NCBI GenBank assembly: GCA_964590885.1
Contig: CAZPWW010000009.1
Span: 35,764-99,763 of the forward strand
Source of the DNA: an uncultured Phycisphaeraceae bacterium
Lineage (GTDB): Bacteria > Planctomycetota > Phycisphaerae > Phycisphaerales > UBA1924
DNA: 64,000 bases
Direction: 5' to 3'
In this document: in pieces, positions 57,813-64,000 of the stretch
Layout of the letters: each line of letters starts with the position of its first letter
Numbering within the stretch: the stretch's first letter is position 1
Position numbers and translations under genes: made by a program
The notes under the pieces: model-generated
Database searches by the model: none
What the model was told of the DNA's origin: nothing
Seen by the model: the letters and a program-made list of their open reading frames with translations, nothing else

Positions 57813-58349
57813 ATGCCCCCGCTCTCGGCCATCCTGACGCTGGCACGCCGCCGCTGGGCCCTGCCCATCGTCGGCCTGCTGCACACGCAGCAGGGCAGCC
57901 GCTTCGCCACGCTCTGCTACCGCCTGGACGGCAACCCGGGTGCCGTCCGTCAGTCCATAGACCACCTGATCGCCGCGGGGTTGGTGGTTCCAAACCCCGG
58001 CTATGGCCACCCTCTGCGGCCCGAGTACATCCTCACACCGCGCGGCGCGGCTCTCGGCCCCGCCTGCTCCGCGGCCACAAGCGTGCTCAGACGCCTGCGC
58101 GTGCTGGATGTGGGCCTGCGGCGCTGGAGCCTGCCGCTGGTTGCCGCGCTGGCACGGGAGCCCGAGGCCCGCTTCACGCCGCTGCTGCGGGCCATGGGCG
58201 ATGCCACGCCCCGCGCGGCATCCATCTGCCTGCGCAACCTGACCGACGCGGGCCTTGTGCAGCGCTCCGTGCTGGATGCCTCGCCCCCCGTGCCGATCTA
58301 CGCGCTCACGCACACGGGCCGCGAGTTGGCCGCGTGCCTGCCGACCTAG
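57813..58349 (+). CDS. tandem-duplicated HxlR-like winged-helix transcriptional regulator
   Basis: Two HxlR-like units: RRWALPIVGLL...RFATL...LIAAGLV...PEYILTPRG and RRWSLPLVAAL...RFTPL...LTDAGLV...PIYALTHTG. Confidence 0.6.
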   Translation: MPPLSAILTLARRRWALPIVGLLHTQQGSRFATLCYRLDGNPGAVRQSIDHLIAAGLVVPNPGYGHPLRPEYILTPRGAALGPACSAATSVLRRLRVLDVGLRRWSLPLVAALAREPEARFTPLLRAMGDATPRAASICLRNLTDAGLVQRSVLDASPPVPIYALTHTGRELAACLPT

Positions 58350-59188
58350 GCACGCGTGCCCGCCACAATCCACGGCCCGTCGCTCACCTCGACGCGGGTG
58401 GCGCTCGCGGCAGAGCCCGCACCGCTCACCGTGAACACCACGCGCACGCCCGCAGCGCCCACGGGGTGGAAGGTGTGCTCCCCGGTGCGGAGGAGCGTGC
58501 GGTCAAGCCCCTTGGGGCCCTGCGACCCGCCATCCACCCGCAGAGCCAGGCCGAAGCGCGTTCGCGCAGCCACCAGCCGCACCCCACCGCCCGCGTCGTA
58601 GTCGCCCAGATACCCGGCCATCTCCTCTTCGGACAGCGCCGGCGGCGACGACGCATCCGCCGCCGGCAAGGAAGCCACGTACGCGATCATGGCTTCGCTC
58701 TTGCCCGCCTTCGCGTGCGCCAGCAGACTGATGCCGTGCGGGCCGGGCGTGCGCTCCACGCCGGGCTGTGCCGCCACGATCGCCTTCACCGCTTCCACCA
58801 TGCCCAGCATCGTGGCCGCGAAGATGTCGAGCCGCGCCCCGTGCTCGATGAGCAGGAGAGCGATCTCGCGATTGCCTACGTGGGCCGCGGCGCCCAGCGC
58901 GGTTTCCCAGTCGCCGAAGCCCCAATCGACCGCCGACTTGGCCAGGCCCGGGTGCTGCGCCAGCAACTCGCGCACGCGGGCCACGTTGCCGTGCGAAGCC
59001 CCGACAAACTCCTGCACCACCGTGGGGTCTTGCCGCGGGAACCCGGGCCACGCGCCCGGCGCGCCCGCCGGTGCCGGCTGGTCCGCCCGCGCGCCCGCGC
59101 CGGATGCCGCCACCCCACCCAGGGCCAGGAACGCCGCGCCCGCGCTGTGGGCAACCAGAAACGACCGACGGTCAAGCGTGCTGCTCAT
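58346..59188 (-). CDS. Tat-signal ankyrin-repeat protein
   Basis: MSSTLDRRSFLVAHSAGAAFLA is a twin-Arg signal. The ANK-like repeat is TALGAAAHVGNREIALLLIEHGARLD. Its stop overlaps the HxlR gene stop (CTAG). Confidence 0.7.
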   Translation of the reverse strand: MSSTLDRRSFLVAHSAGAAFLALGGVAASGAGARADQPAPAGAPGAWPGFPRQDPTVVQEFVGASHGNVARVRELLAQHPGLAKSAVDWGFGDWETALGAAAHVGNREIALLLIEHGARLDIFAATMLGMVEAVKAIVAAQPGVERTPGPHGISLLAHAKAGKSEAMIAYVASLPAADASSPPALSEEEMAGYLGDYDAGGGVRLVAARTRFGLALRVDGGSQGPKGLDRTLLRTGEHTFHPVGAAGVRVVFTVSGAGSAASATRVEVSDGPWIVAGTRA

Positions 59189-59196
59189 GCACCCGT

Positions 59197-59670
59197 CTAC
59201 CGGCCGTTGCCGGGCGGGTTCCCTTCCCCGAAGACCCGGTCGATGGCCGCCCGGCGATAGGCGAATATGCGGGCCAGGTTCGGGCCGACAAACCAGCGGT
59301 GGCTGAGCCAATCCATCGGCGCGGCGTACCGCACGCGGTCGCACACGACGGTGGCATCGGCCCCGCGGGCAGCGAAGGTGTGCTCGTGCACCCACAGCGC
59401 ATACGGCCCCTTGACCTGCTGATCCACGAAACGCACGCCCGGCTCCCACACCGTGATCCGCGAGCGCCAGCGCATGGGCACGCCGTAGAGGCGGATGGAG
59501 TAGTCGATGAGCGCGCCGGGCCGCATGGCGATGGGCCGGGGCGTGAGGATGCGAAACCGCAGGAACTCGGGCGTGAGGGCTTCGAGGTTGCCCGCATCGG
59601 CAAAGAACGCGAACACCCGCTCAAGGGGCGCGGGCACCACCTGCTCGGTCGTCAAGAGTCGCTCACGCAT
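59197..59670 (-). CDS. SRPBCC (START/Bet v1-like) family protein
   Basis: PAPLERVFAFFADAGNLEALTPEFLRFRI...VDQQVKGPYALWVHEHTF. ATG at 59670. Confidence 0.7.
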   Translation of the reverse strand: MRERLLTTEQVVPAPLERVFAFFADAGNLEALTPEFLRFRILTPRPIAMRPGALIDYSIRLYGVPMRWRSRITVWEPGVRFVDQQVKGPYALWVHEHTFAARGADATVVCDRVRYAAPMDWLSHRWFVGPNLARIFAYRRAAIDRVFGEGNPPGNGR

Positions 59671-59710
59671 CGGGCTGCATCCGGAATCCCGCGGCGGAGC
59701 GTAGTCGGGC

Positions 59711-60151
59711 TCAATCGGGCCACACCCGCCCCTCGACAAACTCGACGGAGTTGCCCGCGGGGTCGCGCACATAGACCGAGCGCCCGCCACGCTCCCACGG
59801 CACCTCCATCTCGACGGGCACGCCCAGCGCGGCGAGGCGTGCCCGCACCGCTGCAAGGCCGCCGGGGCCGACGCGGAACGCCACGTGCCCGTGCGCGCCA
59901 CCCGAAGCCACGCCCCACGCGCCGTGGCTGGGCACGCCGCGGTTGGGGAGCGCGGCCTGCTGCGGGTCGAAGATGAGCAGCACCTGGTCGCCCTCGGGCA
60001 GCCGCAGCACGGCGCTCAGCGAGCCCGGGCCGGGCTGCGTGCCCACAGGCCGCAGGCCCAGCACGTCTCGGTAGAACGCAGCGCACGCGGCCACATCGCG
60101 TGCGTAGAGCACGGTCTCGTGTACGTGGTGTACCACCGGGTCCGCGGCCAT
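59711..60151 (-). CDS. VOC (glyoxalase) family protein
   Basis: HETVLYARDVAACAAFYRDVLGL...HVAF...YVRDPAGNSVEF. The alternative start is at 60166. Confidence 0.7.
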   Translation of the reverse strand: MAADPVVHHVHETVLYARDVAACAAFYRDVLGLRPVGTQPGPGSLSAVLRLPEGDQVLLIFDPQQAALPNRGVPSHGAWGVASGGAHGHVAFRVGPGGLAAVRARLAALGVPVEMEVPWERGGRSVYVRDPAGNSVEFVEGRVWPD

Positions 60152-60276
60152 GCGGGGAGGGTACAACCCCGCTGTCCCACGTCGCTCGCCCAGCCCGTGC
60201 GTCCGCGTGCGCGAGCACTACCATGGTCCCGCCAGGCCGAACTCGGGCGCTGCCCGACACCCCCGACGGCTGAACC

Positions 60277-60909
60277 ATGCGTCGCTCCAACCCCCTCATC
60301 GCGGCCTTCTCCATCGCGCTCCTCGCGTGCGGGCTGGGGTTCGGCTTCCGCTACGGCGTGCGCGACGACCTCTTCGCCCGCAACTTCGGCGTGGTGGACG
60401 AGGGGGCCGTCTACCGCTCGGGCCGGCAGACACCGGCGATGATGAAGCGGCTGGTGGAGACGCACAAGATCAAGACCATCGTTGATCTGGGCGCGTACCC
60501 CGAGGGCTCCATCGACGAGAAGCAGGCCCACGCCGTCGCGTCGGTGCTGGGCGTGCGGCGGCACCGCTTCTTCCTGCACGGCGACGGCACCGGCGACCCC
60601 AACGCCTATGTAAGCGCCCTGCGGGTGATGCTCGACCCCGCGCAGCGGCCCGTGCTGGTGCACTGCGCCGCCGGGGCCCAGCGCACCAGCGGCTGCGTGA
60701 TGCTCTACCGGCTTGCCACGCAGGGCAAGGGCCTGGACGAGACGTACGAAGCGGATGCGCAGAGGTACAGGCACCGGCCGCAGCGCAACCCGAACCTGAT
60801 GCCCCACCTCAAGCAATGGGGCAACAAGATTGTCGATGCACTCGCGGGCACAGAGAAGATCCCCTACACCGAGCCGCGCGGCGGGGCGAAGAGCGAGTGG
60901 GCGGACTGA
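60277..60909 (+). CDS. membrane-anchored protein-tyrosine/dual-specificity phosphatase
   Basis: CX5R active-site loop VLVHCAAGAQRTSG. N-terminal TM. Confidence 0.75.
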   Translation: MRRSNPLIAAFSIALLACGLGFGFRYGVRDDLFARNFGVVDEGAVYRSGRQTPAMMKRLVETHKIKTIVDLGAYPEGSIDEKQAHAVASVLGVRRHRFFLHGDGTGDPNAYVSALRVMLDPAQRPVLVHCAAGAQRTSGCVMLYRLATQGKGLDETYEADAQRYRHRPQRNPNLMPHLKQWGNKIVDALAGTEKIPYTEPRGGAKSEWAD

Positions 60910-61110
60910 CGGGACCCAACGTTCCCGCGGCAAACCACACGCGCCATGTTCGCACCTCTTCGGTGAAGGGGCGTACCCAGACAGCCGCTCGTTCGTGCAA
61001 GTGAGCGGCGACGCTCTCGCGTGGCCGCCCGGAGGGAGAAAGAAAGAGAGAGACCTGAAGACCCGGTCGCGGGGCCGCGAGGCTCGCCGCGCCGGATCGT
61101 GAGTTCGTTG

Positions 61111-61977
61111 TTACGACAGCATCCGCTCGATGTCGGCGATCTGATCGGGCAGGGCCGTGCGGATGCCCTCCATGTCCGCCGCGCTCAGGCGCAGTTCGTC
61201 GAGCAGGTCCTGGCCGATGGTGGCGTCGGGCGTGTCGGCGGTGAAGCCCGCCTTGAGGCCCGCGGCGAGGCGGTCGGCCGCGGCGATCATGCACGTGAGG
61301 ACACGCTGATCGGCGGGGAGTTCGAGGGGCCGGTGGTGATACCCGCAGACGTGCACGAACGAGCGAGGGAACTTCCACTTGTCGGCCAGGGCCATGCCGA
61401 AGTCCTGGTGGTTGGCGTGGAAGATGGCATCCTCGGCCTCGAGCATGGGCGTGCCCTGGGCCACGCGGTCGAGCACATCGGCCAGCTTGTTGCGGTCAAA
61501 CTGCATCTCGACCATCACGCCCACGTCGTGGATGAGCCCGGCGAGAAAGGCCTCGTCGGCCAGGCCCAGTTTCATGGCGTGGGCGATGCTCTTGGTGCCC
61601 GCGGCCACGGCCACGCTGTGCGTCCACAGGTCTTTGGCGCTGAACGTGGGCGTGAGTTGCCCGCCCTTGAACAGTTTGGCCAGGCTGGCGGCGATGGCGA
61701 TGTTCTTCACCGCGTTCAGGCCCAGCAGCACGATGGCCCGGTTGATGGAGCCGATCTGCCCCGGCAGGCCGTAGAAGGCGGAGTTAACCACCTTCAGGAT
61801 GCGCGTGCACAGGGCCGGGTCCTTGGCGATCACGTTGTGCAGGTCCTGAGCGGTGCTCGAGGGATCCTCCACAAGTTTGATGATCTTGAGGGTGATCTCG
61901 GGGAGCGTGGCGATGTGCGAGATCTCGCGGATCGCGCCGGCGACGGCCTGCTCTCGGGTGGCGGTTTCAACGCTCAT
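61111..61977 (-). CDS. HDOD domain protein
   Basis: LPEITLKIIKLVEDP..., ILKVVNSAFYGLPGQI.SI..AIVLLG and GLIHDVG. Confidence 0.8.
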   Translation of the reverse strand: MSVETATREQAVAGAIREISHIATLPEITLKIIKLVEDPSSTAQDLHNVIAKDPALCTRILKVVNSAFYGLPGQIGSINRAIVLLGLNAVKNIAIAASLAKLFKGGQLTPTFSAKDLWTHSVAVAAGTKSIAHAMKLGLADEAFLAGLIHDVGVMVEMQFDRNKLADVLDRVAQGTPMLEAEDAIFHANHQDFGMALADKWKFPRSFVHVCGYHHRPLELPADQRVLTCMIAAADRLAAGLKAGFTADTPDATIGQDLLDELRLSAADMEGIRTALPDQIADIERMLS

Positions 61978-62139
61978 GGGTGCGCTCCACGGGCGTGCGC
62001 TGCAGGCGCCGCCCTCGCCCACGGGTATCGGCCCATGCTCCGCGCCACTTGGGTCCGGGTTGGTCGCGTGTGCGCGATGGGCTGTTATCGGGCGGCGGAA
62101 CACGGGATGCGTGCCCTCCACGCGTTGCGACGCTGGGCC

Positions 62140-63327
62140 TCAGTACGCGTTGCGCTTGCGCAGCAGCACGGAGTCGTGCGGGTTCACGCGGTCCAGAAGC
62201 GCCGCGATGCGCTGGCCGGCCCGCCCGGTGCCGAAGAGACCGCTGGGCTGTAGCGTGTGCCTGAGGCGCAGCACGCGGCCCAGCGCCCGCACTATGCCTG
62301 CCTCGTCGGAACGCGGCACGTCGATCACGTTGCCGGCCCGTTCCCGTCCCGCCTGCCGCGGGCCGAGGTTCACGGCCGGCACGCCAAGGGCGGCGCACTC
62401 GATGAGGCCCGCCGAGGAGTTGCCCAGCAGCACGGCACGCGGCGACGCCAGCAGCAGACGCTTGAGCAGTCCGACAAAGCCGGCACGCGGCAGGTGGGCC
62501 ACTCGCCCGGCGCACGCGCTGTGCCGCGCGAAAGAGCCGAGGGCCCGCACGATGCCCGCGCGGCCCGCGTCGTGATTCGGCTCCAGCACCAGCAGCGTGC
62601 TCCGGCCCGGCACGGCCCGCGCCCACGCCCGCAGGGCCCGCGCCGCCGCAGCATGCTCGCGGGCCTCTGTGCCGCCCGCCGGGTGCATCAGGAACACCCC
62701 AACGGGCAGGCCCAGGTCGGCCCAGGCATCCACGCTCATGGCGGGAACGCCAGCCAACCCATCGATGGCGGGCGAGCCGCACACGTGCACGTGCGCCGGC
62801 CGCTCACCCATGCGCACGAGCCGGGTGGCCGAGCCGGACGTGGCCGCGCAGTGCAGATGCGCGAGTTTGGTGATGGCGTGGCGCATGGCCTCATCGGCGA
62901 TGCCCTCGGCACGGTCGCCTCCGTGGATGTGGCAGACCGCGAGTCCGGAGATGCTGGCCGCGCTCGCCGCAGCGAAGGCCTCGATACGGTCGCCCAGCAC
63001 CACCACCCAATCGGGTTTGAGTTTGGCGAAGACGCGGGTGAAGCAATAGATGCCGCGTGCCACGCCCCGGGCATCTTCTGCGCGCGTGCTGTGCGCGGCG
63101 CGTTGCATGGGCACACGGGCGGCCACGGTGTACGCGGCTTCCACCTCACGGATGGTGCGTGCAGGGGGGAGCATGTGCGACCCGGCCGCCACCACCCGCA
63201 GACGCAGCGCGGGATGAGCGCGGACCGCGTCCATCACCGAGCGCAGGAGGCCGAACTCGGCCCGTGAGCCTGTAACGACAGCCACCGTGCGGATCGTGCG
63301 TGCTCGGGCCGGCTTACGCGAGGGCAT
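62140..63327 (-). CDS. neuC: UDP-N-acetylglucosamine 2-epimerase (hydrolysing), NeuC family
   Basis: VAVVTGSRAEFGLL, VLGDRIEAFAAA and HIHGGDRAEG. The start at 63327 overlaps the neuB stop by 14 nt. Confidence 0.8.
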   Translation of the reverse strand: MPSRKPARARTIRTVAVVTGSRAEFGLLRSVMDAVRAHPALRLRVVAAGSHMLPPARTIREVEAAYTVAARVPMQRAAHSTRAEDARGVARGIYCFTRVFAKLKPDWVVVLGDRIEAFAAASAASISGLAVCHIHGGDRAEGIADEAMRHAITKLAHLHCAATSGSATRLVRMGERPAHVHVCGSPAIDGLAGVPAMSVDAWADLGLPVGVFLMHPAGGTEAREHAAAARALRAWARAVPGRSTLLVLEPNHDAGRAGIVRALGSFARHSACAGRVAHLPRAGFVGLLKRLLLASPRAVLLGNSSAGLIECAALGVPAVNLGPRQAGRERAGNVIDVPRSDEAGIVRALGRVLRLRHTLQPSGLFGTGRAGQRIAALLDRVNPHDSVLLRKRNAY

Positions 63328-64000
63328 CTTCCATGATCGGCACGTCGGCCTCGATGGGGCGAGCGACGCGGCGGCCGATCGCCTCCGACAGCCGGAACGG
63401 CTCCAGCCCCGTGCCCGGCCGCTTGAAGGTGATATCCGCCAACCTGAGGGTGTGCCCCGCCGGCAGAGCCCGCAACGTGCAGATCGACTGGCGTGAGGCA
63501 CCCCGTACATCCGCCTCGCACGCCAGCACGCGCTTCTCGCCTTGGGCGGAACGGGCCGCAATCTTGGCCGCGTACTCGGGCATCTCCGCCTTCATGCGCA
63601 CGGCCCGCGCCGCCTCGCGCACGTAGCGGCGCAGTGCGGGCGGTTCCAGGCTCGCGGCGTGGTCCGGGCCCGGCGTGGCCTTGTCAATCGTGAAGTGCTT
63701 CTCGAGCAGGCACGCCCCCATGAGCACAGCCTTCACGCTCGCATCGGCCGCGCGCGTGTGGTCGCTGTAACCGATGGGCCCGGCGAAGACCCGCGCCAGC
63801 GCCCCCATGCCCTCCATGGCCGCGTCCTCGCCGTTGGTGGGGTAGCAACTCACGCACTGGAGCAGGGCGAGGCGGTCGTGCGCACTCAGCAGCCAGCCCA
63901 CGGCCCGCTGCACCTCGCCCAGGGTGCTGGCACCCGTGGAGACGATGAGCGGCTTGCCGGTGGCGATGAGCGCATCGAGCAGGGGCTTGTGGATGATGTC
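63314..64000 (-). CDS. neuB: N-acetylneuraminate (nonulosonate) synthase, 5'-partial (runs off the window)
   Basis: GKPLIVSTGAST, CVSCYPT and IGYSDHT, with a C-terminal SAF-like domain (ITFKRPGTGLEP). The frame is open to base 64000. Confidence 0.8.
   Translation of the reverse strand, partial: DIIHKPLLDALIATGKPLIVSTGASTLGEVQRAVGWLLSAHDRLALLQCVSCYPTNGEDAAMEGMGALARVFAGPIGYSDHTRAADASVKAVLMGACLLEKHFTIDKATPGPDHAASLEPPALRRYVREAARAVRMKAEMPEYAAKIAARSAQGEKRVLACEADVRGASRQSICTLRALPAGHTLRLADITFKRPGTGLEPFRLSEAIGRRVARPIEADVPIMEDALA

Overview
High-GC (roughly 70%) bacterial chromosome segment. It is probably Planctomycetota, Phycisphaerae-like. This is an inference from four PEP-CTERM proteins with Arg-rich tails, a DUF1559-type LLLPAVQKVR motif and SD-poor starts. 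I found no rRNA, tRNA, CRISPR array, integrase or transposase.

Most of the window is housekeeping or envelope genes:
- gspD-gspE secretin/ATPase pair
- BtuF-like binding protein, S41 peptidase, Hsp70, ispD, glnS
- dcd, B12-dependent nrdJ, purC
- AI-2E transporter, DUF58, glycosyltransferase
- neuC/neuB at the right edge

Candidates worth follow-up, best first:
1. A low-GC islet at about 1.5-4.7 kb carries an overlapping Type II R-M pair followed on the same strand by a small Era/Ras-like GTPase and a 3-TM protein. This may be an undescribed two-gene conflict module.
2. A 21-bp tandem repeat of about 8 copies sits in the divergent promoter region upstream of the R-M operon.
3. A six-gene minus-strand operon (42.0-51.9 kb) encodes three SPFH/band-7 proteins, an ABC ATPase, an ABC-2 permease and a 675-aa unknown. 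A divergent paralogous permease lies next to it.
4. Several intergenic regions contain runs of 7-8 nt words, each duplicated in tandem. One run is a dense G3N4 (G-quadruplex-type) array.
5. A low-GC DUF3800-like gene is wedged between dcd and nrdJ.
6. A 707-aa FlgI (P-ring)-like lipoprotein has a HEAT-like insert and sits outside any flagellar context.
7. A PEP-CTERM protein contains an internal pseudopilin-like segment.

All functional calls come from motifs read by eye in the supplied translations. No database search was run.
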